DNA of 64,000 nucleotides from a virus: IMG/VR virus record IMGVR_UViG_3300032954_000010, positions 2,453 to 66,452 of that record, one strand, 5' to 3'. Positions within the stretch are counted from its first letter, which is position 1. Each line of letters opens with the position of its first letter. Of this stretch, positions 35,494-45,661 are shown one piece after another. The position numbers and the translations under genes are program-made. A model generated the notes under the pieces. It worked only from the letters and a program-made list of their open reading frames with translations. It searched no databases and was not told where the DNA came from.

Positions 35494-37404
35494 ATGCCCG
35501 GCTGGTCCCATGCCAAACGTGAACGTGTCGAACTGGCTTTTTACCAGTTTCTCAACCGCTGTTTCGTAAACAGCAAGGATTACGGCCGCATCTGCCTCGG
35601 CGAAAATCTTTACGAAGGGCAGCGCCGCGCGATCACCGAGATTTTCGATGCGCTCGAAGAAGACATCCACGATATCTATATTCTCAAAGCGCGCCAGCTC
35701 GGAATTTCGACTCTTTTCCGCGCGCTGACTGTTTTCTTGCTCGGCATTTTTAAGGGTCTGAAGGGGGCGATTGTTTTTGATACCGATAACAACAAGGCAA
35801 ACGCGCGCAGCGAGCTTGAGACCATCATCAATGATCTGCCGCGGTCGCTGAAATTTCCCAAGATTAAATCAAACAACCGGGCTGGATTGACGCTGGAGAG
35901 TGACAGCCAGGTGTTGTTCATGTCGGCGGGCGTTAAGAAATCCAAGTCGAGCGGCACGCTCGGTCGATCTGTTGGTCTATCAGTGTCGCATGCATCCGAA
36001 TTATGTTCGTGGGAAAACGACGAGGGGCTCGAAGCTTTCAAGCAGGCATTGTCCGATGTAAATCCTGACCGGCTTTATCTTTGGGAATCAACTGCTCGCG
36101 GCTTCAATCGTTGGCATGAAATGTGGCAGGAGGCTCGTAAGGATACTGCACATTGCCGTTGTATTTTTATCGGGTGGTGGGGCAAGGATTCGCAGCGCAT
36201 TGATCGCTCGCATCCCGATTTTGATGTGTATGGCACGATGCCGCCGAGCGAGAAGGAAGCCGAGAAGATCAGGCTGGTGCGTGATCGCTACGGCGTCGAG
36301 ATCACGCCGGAAATGCTGGCTTGGATCAGACGCAAGTATGATCCGACAGCGCAGGCGGAAGGCGATGCCGATCCTGAGTTTGAAGGCTCGACCACGCGCA
36401 TCCAGGAACAGCCGTGGATCGAGGAAGAAGCTTTTCAGCAGACCGGTGCGATTTTTTTCTCGGCGGAGAAGCTGACGGAGGTTACGCACCGCGATGTCAG
36501 CAACAAATTTCACTCATATTTTTACAGCGTTGGGCAGGAGTTCGTCGACACGCACATCATCAAGGCGCCGAACGCCAAGATGGCCGAGTTGAAAGTTTGG
36601 GAAGAACCGGACCCGGATGGCTATTATGTGATCGGCTGCGACCCGGCGTTCGGCGAGAACGAGTTGAATGATCGTTCCGCCATCCAGGTTGATCGCTGCT
36701 ATGCCGATGGGCTCGATCAGGTTGCCGAATATGCTTCGCCGCTGGTGCGGACGGAACAATTGGCGTGGGTGCTTGCTTCGCTCATGGGCTGGTATGGCAG
36801 CGGGCCAAATTCACAAGTCAAATATGCGCTCGAACTCAATGGTCCCGGCACCGCGGTCTTTACCGAATTGCGTTCGCTCAAGCATCAGATCGAGTCGCAT
36901 TCCTATCTTGACAACCAGTTGCAGGAACGCGGGCTCAAGGACATCTTTCGCAATGTCAAGACCTATATTTACACGCGCGCCGATGCGATACAGGGCGGTT
37001 TCAATCTGCATGTAAAAACTACAGCCGCGTTGAAGATTACTTTCATGGAGCGGCTTCGCGACGCTTTGTCGAGCGGCAAATTGCGCGTTCGCTCGCTGGA
37101 TTTGGTCGAGGAAATGAAGACCATTGCGCGCGAGGGCGATACGATCAAGGCGCCGGGCTCAATGAAGGATGACCGCGTGTTGGCGGCCTCCTTTGCCGTG
37201 CATTGTTGGGAAACCGGTCCTAGACGCATCCTGATGGCGGCCAACCGGACACGCGAATCGGAAGCGGCGCGCAAGCGGTTGACGATTACCGATCAGGTCA
37301 ATCTCTATCAGGCCAACCAGTTACAGCACTTTTTCGATCAGAAAAGGCGTGCTAGGCTCAATATGCAGCGCGAGTTGACCAAGCGTTCGTGGCGATATCG
37401 ATAG
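35494..37404 (+). CDS. terL: terminase large subunit
   Basis: ILKARQLGIST (Walker A), HASE (Walker B), ESTARG, IGCDPAFG, ELNGPG, DDRVLA. Confidence 0.92.
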   Translation: MPGWSHAKRERVELAFYQFLNRCFVNSKDYGRICLGENLYEGQRRAITEIFDALEEDIHDIYILKARQLGISTLFRALTVFLLGIFKGLKGAIVFDTDNNKANARSELETIINDLPRSLKFPKIKSNNRAGLTLESDSQVLFMSAGVKKSKSSGTLGRSVGLSVSHASELCSWENDEGLEAFKQALSDVNPDRLYLWESTARGFNRWHEMWQEARKDTAHCRCIFIGWWGKDSQRIDRSHPDFDVYGTMPPSEKEAEKIRLVRDRYGVEITPEMLAWIRRKYDPTAQAEGDADPEFEGSTTRIQEQPWIEEEAFQQTGAIFFSAEKLTEVTHRDVSNKFHSYFYSVGQEFVDTHIIKAPNAKMAELKVWEEPDPDGYYVIGCDPAFGENELNDRSAIQVDRCYADGLDQVAEYASPLVRTEQLAWVLASLMGWYGSGPNSQVKYALELNGPGTAVFTELRSLKHQIESHSYLDNQLQERGLKDIFRNVKTYIYTRADAIQGGFNLHVKTTAALKITFMERLRDALSSGKLRVRSLDLVEEMKTIAREGDTIKAPGSMKDDRVLAASFAVHCWETGPRRILMAANRTRESEAARKRLTITDQVNLYQANQLQHFFDQKRRARLNMQRELTKRSWRYR

Positions 37405-37412
37405 AGATTTTG

Positions 37413-38021
37413 ATGCCCCAAGCGTCTGTTTATGATTCTCTCGGTGTAAATCCGACACAGTTAACGGCGCTGCCTGAAATGCCGGCTACTTCTCAGCGCA
37501 CGCCGACTGTTTTTGATCAAGCACTTTCTCAATATCCTATTCTTAAAAATGTAGGGGTCGTACCAAAGTTTTCGGAAGGACAAGGCAATGACAACATGCT
37601 GGAGTTTTGGCCTCCAGGAGAAAAAGGCGACGCCGATAGTCCCCGACCAGCGGAATTGCCTGCTGATAAGCCCGGTGTTGAAATATACAGCGATAAAACG
37701 CGGCCAATCGATATTTTGGGTGATGTAGTTTCCCATCACCTTGTTAAAACTGACCCTAAAATAGCGGCTGTCTATAAGCAATTTCAGCAATCATTGACCC
37801 CGCAACAGCAGCAGATTCTACAAGAACAATATAAATGGGCGGTGGAGAAAGAAGGTGAACAGCGACCGTTTGCAGAATGGTTGCAATCGAGTGGTTTACC
37901 GGCGTATTTTAGGGGATATGCTTTTAAGCAATGGCCTGATGAGTTCAATCAGAGGGCTTACACGCCGGAGCAGCGGCAAATGTTCGATCAAATGCTTCAA
38001 TATTTGCAAACAGGAAAATGA
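37413..38021 (+). CDS. hypothetical protein (lower GC, inserted between terL and portal)
   Basis: ORF track. Confidence 0.6.
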   Translation: MPQASVYDSLGVNPTQLTALPEMPATSQRTPTVFDQALSQYPILKNVGVVPKFSEGQGNDNMLEFWPPGEKGDADSPRPAELPADKPGVEIYSDKTRPIDILGDVVSHHLVKTDPKIAAVYKQFQQSLTPQQQQILQEQYKWAVEKEGEQRPFAEWLQSSGLPAYFRGYAFKQWPDEFNQRAYTPEQRQMFDQMLQYLQTGK

Positions 38022-38566
38022 ATATGGCTTTTGCGCTTCGTTGCCCGGATTGCCGGCGTTCGTTTCGCTGGGATGCTTCCAAACCGTTTCCCCGCCATTG
38101 CCAGTTTGACGACTGCCGCGCCGATATGGGCGAGGAAAAGGACGATAGCGTGATATGCCTGCCGGCGTTTTTGACCGCCAAGGGCAAATCGGTCGATAAG
38201 GTCTACCGCGATCACGAAGCTGCTTCCATCGTGCGCGCGGAAAAAGCCGCCGAGCTGGCGGGCGTGCCGGTATCGGAAATGTCGGATTTGAAGATCACCG
38301 ATATCCGCGGCGGCACCTATGAGGGCGAGACTGCGATCAAGCCGGTCGTCAACGAAGTGACGCAACACATGGATATGGTCAATGCCAGAGGCGGCCAATT
38401 GGGCTGGCAGGGCTCGAATGCGGTGGAATATAGTGCCGCCGTGCAGACGGGACCTTTCCCCAACATGGGTGCCAAGGTGAGATCGGCGATCCACGCGGCC
38501 AACGGCTCGGTATCCGACCGCCCGGCGCTTGAGACGCAGCAGCCCGGTTACCGGTATCGCGGATGA
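38018..38566 (+). CDS. hypothetical protein with N-terminal Zn-ribbon
   Basis: CPDC...CQFDDC. Confidence 0.65.
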   Translation: MNMAFALRCPDCRRSFRWDASKPFPRHCQFDDCRADMGEEKDDSVICLPAFLTAKGKSVDKVYRDHEAASIVRAEKAAELAGVPVSEMSDLKITDIRGGTYEGETAIKPVVNEVTQHMDMVNARGGQLGWQGSNAVEYSAAVQTGPFPNMGAKVRSAIHAANGSVSDRPALETQQPGYRYRG

Positions 38567-40287
38567 TCCCCGTCCCATCCAACAAGCGCGACCTGCTGCC
38601 TTTCGCCAAGCAATTGATCGACGATTGCCGCGTGTCGGTCGGCATGCGTTCGTCCTATTACCGGCAACTCAACCAGATTGCCGAGACCGGACGCTATGAC
38701 GGCGGCAAGTCGCTCATCAACATGCTCAATGCGCATCTGACGCGCACCGCCGACTATCTGTTCAGCCCGGTCGAATTGAAATTTACCATCGATTTCGGGC
38801 GGCCGAAGCGCAAGCTCGACTATGATCGCGCGCAAGCCGTCGCCAAGGAACTGACGCGGACATGGGATCGTAACAGCACCGACATGACGTTCGGTCGCGG
38901 TGTCAAGGAATCCCTTAAATATGGCGCAACGATCCTCAAGCAGTGGCCGCAAATGGAGGGCTCTGTAGAGCATGAGCATCCGGTCTATTACGACAAGCTG
39001 GTGATGCCGTGGCAGTTTGGCGTCTATCGCGAGGATGAAAACCGGCTCGATCGTCAGGAGGCGTTGTGCGAGACGATCATGCTGACGCTGCCGGAGGTGT
39101 GGCGGCGCATCTGCCATCTGCCCGACGCGATCAAACTCTATGAAAAGATCAAGGCCAACTCGCGCACCGGCACCGCCGCGCCCGGCACCGACAGCAACCA
39201 GCATTGGGTGTTGTCCGCTTCGCCGCTGAACACGTCCGGCGTCGAGGGCACGGTGCAGCCCGGCGGCATCGTGCAGGTCACCAGCGCTGCAAATTATGGC
39301 ATCATGGGGCCGGTCATCGCGCCCGCGCTTGTCTGCATGCACGAACTATGGGTCAGGGATGAAACCGACTACGTGACCATTCAGCTCATCGAGCCGGATA
39401 TCCTGATCGCGCCGCTGCACAAGAAGTCCAATCTGCTCGGCATCGAGGGCACGCAGCCTTATCGGCTGATCCAGCCCAACGAAGTCACTAACTGGTTCTG
39501 GGGTCGCAGCGAACTGGTTGATCTGATCGAGCCGCAAGGGCTTTTGTCGACGTGGTGCGATGATACCAAGCGACTGATGGGCTTGCAGATCGACAAAATC
39601 CTTGGATTCACGGGCGATGCGGGCATAACCGACGAAATTTATGCCCAAATGCGCCTTTCGGGTTTTGCCAATCTGCCGCAAGGCGCCGATATCAAGGATA
39701 TCACGCCAAAACTGCCGGCCGAATTGATCCCGATGCTCAAGTTCTGCATCGAGATGATCAATACGCTCGGCGGTTTTCCCGAAATCATGCAGGGCAAGGG
39801 CGAGCCGGGCGTGCGCGCGGGCTCGCATGCCGACACGCTGATGAAAACCGCGTCGCCGTCGTTGCGCGACCGCTCATTGCTGGTGGAGCGTCAGTTGGCG
39901 ATTGCCGCTGACCTGACCTTGCAGATGATGGAAGCCAAGGATGACGAGTATTATTGGACGAGCGCCGACAAGCCGATCGACGATGTGGAGAACAGCAAGT
40001 TCTTATTGACCGAATTGCCGGAGGATTGGCGTGTCACGGTCGACAGTCATTCGTCTAGCCCCGTTTTCGCCGACGAGAATACGCAATTAATCTTCCAAGC
40101 GTTCAAGGCGCACGTCGTCACGCCCGAATACGTGCTCGACACGCTGCCGTTCCCGCATAAGGAACTGGCCAAAGTGCAATTGCGCGAAATGCAGGAGCGC
40201 CAGATGCAGCAGATGCAGTTGCTGCTCAAGCAGGACCCGGAGACGGCAAACAAGCTGCTCCAGAAACAGGTTGGCCTGCACCGTTAG
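38563..40287 (+). CDS. portal protein
   Basis: 574 aa after terL; FWGRSEL, MQGKGEPGVRAG, Gln-rich C terminus typical of P22-like portals. Confidence 0.75.
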   Translation: MIPVPSNKRDLLPFAKQLIDDCRVSVGMRSSYYRQLNQIAETGRYDGGKSLINMLNAHLTRTADYLFSPVELKFTIDFGRPKRKLDYDRAQAVAKELTRTWDRNSTDMTFGRGVKESLKYGATILKQWPQMEGSVEHEHPVYYDKLVMPWQFGVYREDENRLDRQEALCETIMLTLPEVWRRICHLPDAIKLYEKIKANSRTGTAAPGTDSNQHWVLSASPLNTSGVEGTVQPGGIVQVTSAANYGIMGPVIAPALVCMHELWVRDETDYVTIQLIEPDILIAPLHKKSNLLGIEGTQPYRLIQPNEVTNWFWGRSELVDLIEPQGLLSTWCDDTKRLMGLQIDKILGFTGDAGITDEIYAQMRLSGFANLPQGADIKDITPKLPAELIPMLKFCIEMINTLGGFPEIMQGKGEPGVRAGSHADTLMKTASPSLRDRSLLVERQLAIAADLTLQMMEAKDDEYYWTSADKPIDDVENSKFLLTELPEDWRVTVDSHSSSPVFADENTQLIFQAFKAHVVTPEYVLDTLPFPHKELAKVQLREMQERQMQQMQLLLKQDPETANKLLQKQVGLHR

Positions 40288-40637
40288 TTGCGCGGCAAGG
40301 CGCCCATCGGATCGAGCATGCGCGGGCCGTTCATCATCGAAGCGGCGCGCAGGCCCGGATCGCCCTGCGCGGCTTTTTGCGCCATGACGTTGACGCGCTG
40401 CTGATGCAGAAATAGTTCGACGTTCGCCATCTTGGCTTTGTCGAGGTCTTCGAACATCAAGCCAACGATATAATCACCCCCGCTAAATTCTTGCCCAAAG
40501 TCATCGGTGATTCGCCGGCAGGGTTCTTTGCCGAGCTTGGCATGTTCAAGAAGCGTGAAATCGGCTTTTGCTTTTTCTTCGTCTTTATAAAGCAGACGCC
40601 AAACGGTGTTGCCGAGCGCGATGTTGACGCAAAACAT
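40284..40637 (-). CDS. hypothetical protein
   Basis: 117-aa ORF, antisense to head module. Confidence 0.6.
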   Translation of the reverse strand: MFCVNIALGNTVWRLLYKDEEKAKADFTLLEHAKLGKEPCRRITDDFGQEFSGGDYIVGLMFEDLDKAKMANVELFLHQQRVNVMAQKAAQGDPGLRAASMMNGPRMLDPMGALPRN

Positions 40638-40638
40638 T

Positions 40639-40872
40639 TTATTTTCCTGCCTTGGTTTCTATCCACGCAACGAATTGTTCGGTGGGGATGCGGATGCACT
40701 GACTGGTGATGCGTCGGCGCGGCGGGCCGCCTTTGTCGGGAGATCGTTTTAAGTAGCGGCCGAAAGTTTTGTACGACACTCCGATGTAGTCGGCGGCTTC
40801 CTTGATGGTGAAAAATGGTTTGGCAAGATTGCCGGTGGCCTTCGTTGTCGCCATTTGCGGTTCTTTGCTCAA
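40639..40872 (-). CDS. excisionase-like HTH DNA-binding protein
   Basis: FFTIKEAADYIGVSYKTF...GPP...IRIP. Confidence 0.75.
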   Translation of the reverse strand: MSKEPQMATTKATGNLAKPFFTIKEAADYIGVSYKTFGRYLKRSPDKGGPPRRRITSQCIRIPTEQFVAWIETKAGK

Positions 40873-41014
40873 CTAAACACCTAGTATGACGACAAAGTAC
40901 AATAAAAGGTGCCATCGCGCAATAGTATTTTTCCCTGCAAAAACCGATGGTTCCACGCCGGAGTTTTCGTAAGTCTTTCACCCCTCCGGCCTTTGAACGT
41001 GGAAGGGTCCGTCA

Positions 41015-41068
41015 ATGACCTTCGAGCGCATCGCGTATCGGCGCGGCCGGAAGCACAAGCGTAAGTAA
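41015..41068 (+). CDS. 17-aa basic micropeptide MTFERIAYRRGRKHKRK
   Basis: Manual translation; GGAAGG RBS; first ORF of capsid operon. Confidence 0.5.
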   Translation: MTFERIAYRRGRKHKRK

Positions 41069-41076
41069 CCGGCTCA

Positions 41077-41448
41077 ATGCCAGTCACAGCCCCAGCCGCC
41101 CCGCAGCAACAGCAAGCACAAGCCCCAGCAGGCGTGTCCCAGGCAACTGGGCCTACTCCGAACAAAGGCTATGAGGCTGCTGCTGCGCAGCGGCTGGGGC
41201 TGATCATCAAGCAATTGGAAGCGATTATCCCGATGGCCGGTGCCACTACCGACATCGGCAAAGCCTGTCTCGAAGCCCTGAACAAGCTGGTGAAGTTCGT
41301 GCCGTCCGGCTCGGTCAATCCGGCCGCCGAGAAGAACAACATCGAGAGCATGGCGATGAAGAACGCGCAGCAGAACGCGCAGATGCAGGCGCTGAAACAG
41401 CAGCAGGGTGCGCAGCCGCAGCCTGCGCAGATGCCGAAGGCCGCGTGA
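41077..41448 (+). CDS. hypothetical head-module protein
   Basis: Gln/Ala/Pro-rich, 123 aa. Confidence 0.7.
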   Translation: MPVTAPAAPQQQQAQAPAGVSQATGPTPNKGYEAAAAQRLGLIIKQLEAIIPMAGATTDIGKACLEALNKLVKFVPSGSVNPAAEKNNIESMAMKNAQQNAQMQALKQQQGAQPQPAQMPKAA

Positions 41449-41618
41449 TGGAAATCAAGCGCAACATTTTCGAATCTCCCGCTAAAATGCCGGCCGGCTA
41501 TCAGCCGGTCGCGGTCGAGATGCCCGAGCCTAACGTCAACGACCGCACTTTGCCGGGGCACACAAAAACCGATAACCATGTCGTGCATGCGCGCTCGCCG
41601 CGCGTCGGCGAGAAGTAA
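41448..41618 (+). CDS. small hypothetical protein (56 aa)
   Basis: Manual translation MEIKRNIFESPAKMP...; TGATG coupling. Confidence 0.55.
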   Translation: MEIKRNIFESPAKMPAGYQPVAVEMPEPNVNDRTLPGHTKTDNHVVHARSPRVGEK

Positions 41619-41630
41619 GGAGGACTGCAA

Positions 41631-41819
41631 ATGTCCAACGTCAATATTTTCCAGAACAGTTCGAAGTCGGTGCCCGAGAGCGACGAGCAGATCGTCCGCA
41701 TCGACATGACCAAGAGCGACATCGGCGGGCGCAAGAGCCATCTGCCGGCCGGCATGAAGGCCGACAAGATGTCGATCAGCCACGTTCCGAACGCCAGCGC
41801 GATGCCGGGGAATAAATAA
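41631..41819 (+). CDS. small hypothetical protein
   Basis: 62 aa; AGGAGG RBS. Confidence 0.7.
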   Translation: MSNVNIFQNSSKSVPESDEQIVRIDMTKSDIGGRKSHLPAGMKADKMSISHVPNASAMPGNK

Positions 41820-42412
41820 TGGCAAACGTCGAGGTGGATGAGGTCGATCTTCAGCGCTTGCGCAAGCAGGACCAGACCGTTCACGCGCTGTTGGCCAATC
41901 CCAAGGCCAAGCGCAAGATTCTCGAAGCGTACAAGGACGTTGTTCCCGACGCTAAGATTCCCGAGCTGGAGATCGAGGAAGCGGCCAAGGCTCCGGTCAT
42001 GGAGCTTCAGAAGCAGGTCAGCGAACTCCAGAAGAAACTCGACGACGACAAGGCCGAGCGCGAGAAAGAGGCCAAACTGAGCGCGCTCACCAATTCCGTC
42101 GAGAGCGGCATCGCCAAATTGCGGCGCGATGGCTGGACCGATGATGGCATCGCCGAAGTGCGCAAGCTGATGGATGAGCGCGGCATCATCGATCCCGAGA
42201 TCGCCGCGGCGTATTACGAGAAACAGCATCCGCCGCAGGCCCCGGCAACACCGAGCGGCGTGGGCGGCTGGAATTTCATGGAGCCGGCGGCTGACGAGGA
42301 TGCCTATGTCAAGGCGATCACCGCCAGCAAGTCGGCCGCCGAGAACGACCAGCTCGTGATGCGCGAGGCAGCCAAGGCGTTGCAGGAATTTCGGGGCGCT
42401 CAGCGCCGTTGA
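41819..42412 (+). CDS. putative capsid scaffolding protein
   Basis: Charged coiled coil immediately before MCP. Confidence 0.65.
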   Translation: MANVEVDEVDLQRLRKQDQTVHALLANPKAKRKILEAYKDVVPDAKIPELEIEEAAKAPVMELQKQVSELQKKLDDDKAEREKEAKLSALTNSVESGIAKLRRDGWTDDGIAEVRKLMDERGIIDPEIAAAYYEKQHPPQAPATPSGVGGWNFMEPAADEDAYVKAITASKSAAENDQLVMREAAKALQEFRGAQRR

Positions 42413-42429
42413 TCAAGAGGAGTTGAACA

Positions 42430-43473
42430 GTGCCGCTTCCAGGTCTGGGCGTCGCGCCGCAATCAGGGGCGCTTTATAACGAATTGGCTGCCGTGACTCG
42501 GCGCGCATTCGTTCCGCGTCTTTTCGTGCAGATTTACTACTCCTCGCCGACTTTATTCTACATGATGGGCAACGCGCAGCGCGCGGCCGGCGGCTTGAAC
42601 CAGGTGACGATCCCGATGCAGGGCCAGTCGATGGTGCAAGGCCAGTGGACCGGCTATGGCGGCGGCTTCAACTCGCCCGTCATCACTCCCGGAGTGCAAA
42701 ACGGGCAGTGGAACCTCGCTTATTGGGTCGTGCCCGTGCCGCTGCCCTTCGGCGAGACAATCATCCAGGCGACCGACCGCGAGATCAGTCTGCTCAAGGC
42801 ACGCATGAACGACGTGCGCGCCATCACCACGCAGAACATGGCGAGCAAGTTGTTCACCAACAACTCGGCCAATCCGTTGATGCCAAACTCGTTCCTCGAC
42901 GCCTACGACAACGGCACCAATTTCCCGACTTACGGCGGCATCTCGCGTAACGCCGCCGGCAACTCGGCGTTCAAGGGCCAATACATCGCCGCGACATCGA
43001 TCAACAGCGGCTCGGTGGCGACTACTGGCTTCAATCGCTCCAACATGGCGACGACGTTGCAGCAGATCACGACCAACGCGGGCGGCGAGGCACCGACCTT
43101 CGTGGTCATGAATCCCGGCGACTACGCCACGCTCAACATCGACTTCATCGGCCAGGAGAATATCTACGTCAATCCCGGCGCCACCTACACGATGGACACG
43201 TCGGCACGGTCATCGTTCCCGAACCTCAACGTCTCGGGCATCCCGATCTTCTCCGACTTCTTCTGTCCGAAGGGCAGCGCCTTCTTCGTCAACGTCAAAT
43301 ACACGTCGATGTATCTGTCGGAAGACGCGGCGTTCGATTTCAGCGGGTTCTACTCGCTGGTGCCGCTCGGCCAGATCGGTCAACAGGGCGTCGTGGTGGT
43401 TGGCTACGATATCATCTGCGCCAAATCGGTTTCCGGCGCGTGGGTCTACGGCATCGGAGGCGCTGCTTTTTAA
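42430..43473 (+). CDS. major capsid protein
   Basis: 347 aa; ELAAVTRRAFVPRLFVQIY, TYGGISR, GIPIFSDFFCP; strong RBS; position. Confidence 0.85.
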   Translation: MPLPGLGVAPQSGALYNELAAVTRRAFVPRLFVQIYYSSPTLFYMMGNAQRAAGGLNQVTIPMQGQSMVQGQWTGYGGGFNSPVITPGVQNGQWNLAYWVVPVPLPFGETIIQATDREISLLKARMNDVRAITTQNMASKLFTNNSANPLMPNSFLDAYDNGTNFPTYGGISRNAAGNSAFKGQYIAATSINSGSVATTGFNRSNMATTLQQITTNAGGEAPTFVVMNPGDYATLNIDFIGQENIYVNPGATYTMDTSARSSFPNLNVSGIPIFSDFFCPKGSAFFVNVKYTSMYLSEDAAFDFSGFYSLVPLGQIGQQGVVVVGYDIICAKSVSGAWVYGIGGAAF

Positions 43474-43485
43474 GCGAGGACAACA

Positions 43486-44658
43486 ATGACGCAGCATATC
43501 GCAGGTCCGGGGCTTGGGCTTCCACTTCCCCAGAACCTTTACCCTTCAGAACTTCAAAACGCGCCGCCCGATTGCAGCAACAACCGCATCGCGCTGGCGC
43601 CTGGCGACACGCTGCCGATCCCGGCCGGCGATTGGCTGGTCAACACCGGCATGTATTGCGTTCTCCAGTTTCTCGATCCGATCACCGGCACTTGGGCGAT
43701 GGGTCCGAACGCGGGCTGGAACGGCGGCCAGCAGTTCGTCATCAGCGACGGCTTCAACGTGCGCGTCGCCAACCTGCTCGGTTGTCCGATCAGCGCCTCG
43801 ATCACCTCGGGCGGCAGCAATTACGTGCAGTCGACGACCACGATTTCGGCGACGCCCGGCAACTCGACCTGGGTGCCGATCGTCGGCGGCGCGTTGACAC
43901 CGACCGTGATCTCGGCAGGCGCCGGCTATGGCGTCGCGCCCGAGATTTTCCTGCCGGCTCCCGCTCCCGCGTCGAACAATCCGAACGGCGTCGGCGGCAT
44001 TCAGGCGACGGCCTGGGCCAATATCTCCAGCGGCACGCTGGCGCTGTCGACCGGTGTCAGCATGACCAATCCGGGTGCCGGCTACTCGACGCCCTTCACC
44101 ATTGCGTTGCAGCCGTCGCCGACCGACCCGAACCTGTCAACCGGCATCACGATGGCGACCGTGGTGTTCTCGCTGACCAATTCCGGCTCGATCACGGGCG
44201 CGCTTTGCACCAATCCAGGCGCTCCGCTGAGCAACCCGAACCAGTTCACCCTGTCGGTGACCGGCGCGGGCTCACAGGCGACGCTGGTCGGCAACGTCAT
44301 GCAGACCGTGACCACGGCGAGCGTGTCGACGCTGGGCGTCGGCTACGGCACTGTTGCCGCCTTGCTGACGACGGTCGGCGGCGTTCCGCTGGCCGGCTCG
44401 ATCACCAACAACCCGGATTATCTCGGACTCGCCTGGCGTCCGCGTCCGGCGCAGATCGGCTTGACCGTGACCGGCGCCAATACGCTCGGCACGCAGACCG
44501 GGACGATCTATGACGGCGGCCTGTTCGTTACCAGCGCGGCGCCGAACTGGGTCATCCAGACCTCGCCGCTGGCCGGCGGCAGCGTAACCACGACTGCCAT
44601 CATCGGTCTGACGATGGGCAGCCGCCCGGATATCGTGACGTTGCAACCGGCGCCGTAA
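43486..44658 (+). CDS. virion structural/decoration protein
   Basis: Gly/Thr-rich; GAGY repeats; follows MCP. Confidence 0.65.
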   Translation: MTQHIAGPGLGLPLPQNLYPSELQNAPPDCSNNRIALAPGDTLPIPAGDWLVNTGMYCVLQFLDPITGTWAMGPNAGWNGGQQFVISDGFNVRVANLLGCPISASITSGGSNYVQSTTTISATPGNSTWVPIVGGALTPTVISAGAGYGVAPEIFLPAPAPASNNPNGVGGIQATAWANISSGTLALSTGVSMTNPGAGYSTPFTIALQPSPTDPNLSTGITMATVVFSLTNSGSITGALCTNPGAPLSNPNQFTLSVTGAGSQATLVGNVMQTVTTASVSTLGVGYGTVAALLTTVGGVPLAGSITNNPDYLGLAWRPRPAQIGLTVTGANTLGTQTGTIYDGGLFVTSAAPNWVIQTSPLAGGSVTTTAIIGLTMGSRPDIVTLQPAP

Positions 44659-44883
44659 ATGGCGGAGACCTATAGCCTCGCAGCAACTGGCCAGCGTTCC
44701 GGCCAGTTGTTTGCCGTTTCCAATATCAAGGTTGGCGACAGCGCGGGGCTCGTCGGATCGCAACAGAACGCAATGGCGCAAAACACGCCGGTCATGTGCA
44801 AAAATCCAGATGGATCGAAGTCGTGGTACACGATCGATGCCGAGCGCAGCACGGCGTCGAGTGTTGTTTTGAAGGCGGTCTAG
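44659..44883 (+). CDS. hypothetical virion protein
   Basis: 74 aa in structural operon. Confidence 0.6.
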   Translation: MAETYSLAATGQRSGQLFAVSNIKVGDSAGLVGSQQNAMAQNTPVMCKNPDGSKSWYTIDAERSTASSVVLKAV

Positions 44884-44914
44884 CCTTAGAACAATTGGCA
44901 GAGGAGCATCTGCC

Positions 44915-45661
44915 TTGCTGACCGCCTACCTCAACGCCACGCGCCTGCTTCTGCAAAATCCGAGTGCTCCGACCACCTTGTACTCGGACGCCGATCTGAC
45001 AAGTTACATCAACACGGCGCGCGGGCAGCTCGCGGGCGAGGCCGAGTGCATCCGCGTGATCGGCACGATCTCGACGGTTGCCGGCCAGCAAGCCTATAAT
45101 TTTTCGAGTATCGACACCGGCACCTCGGCGACGAACGGCGTCCAGGGCGCGATCAATGTGCGTCGCGTCAGCTACAATGTGGCATCTGGCACGCGCTGGA
45201 TACCGCCGCGGCCGTGGGAGTGGTTCGACCTCTATGTGCTGAATGACCCGGTGCCGCAGGCAGGTCCGCCGACCGTTTGGAGTCAATATGGGCAGGGCTC
45301 GGCTCCGGGCGCGACTGGTTCGGTATCGAGCGGCAGTTTCTACATCAACACGCCAGATATCGTCTATACGCTCAATTGCGATTGCACCTGCTATCCGATT
45401 CCGCTGGCTGATGACACGACAAAGGAAGCAATTCCTTATCTATGGACCGATTGTGTGCCGTTCTTCGCCGCCTATTGGGCCTATCTGTCGGCGCAGACCG
45501 GTGCGCGGCAGGCCGATGCTGAGCGCATGTATAATCACTATCAGACATTCCTCGATCGCGCCCGCAAGGCGGCCAATCCGGCGGTTGGGCGCTGGCAATA
45601 CAGTCAGGCGCAGGACCCGGCGCAGGCCGCCAAGTTTGGCATCAAGACGGGGGCCGCCTGA
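44915..45661 (+). CDS. head-tail adaptor-like protein (paralog 1)
   Basis: DLTSYINTAR...ECIR; EAIPYLWTDCVPFFAA. Confidence 0.6.
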   Translation: MLTAYLNATRLLLQNPSAPTTLYSDADLTSYINTARGQLAGEAECIRVIGTISTVAGQQAYNFSSIDTGTSATNGVQGAINVRRVSYNVASGTRWIPPRPWEWFDLYVLNDPVPQAGPPTVWSQYGQGSAPGATGSVSSGSFYINTPDIVYTLNCDCTCYPIPLADDTTKEAIPYLWTDCVPFFAAYWAYLSAQTGARQADAERMYNHYQTFLDRARKAANPAVGRWQYSQAQDPAQAAKFGIKTGAA

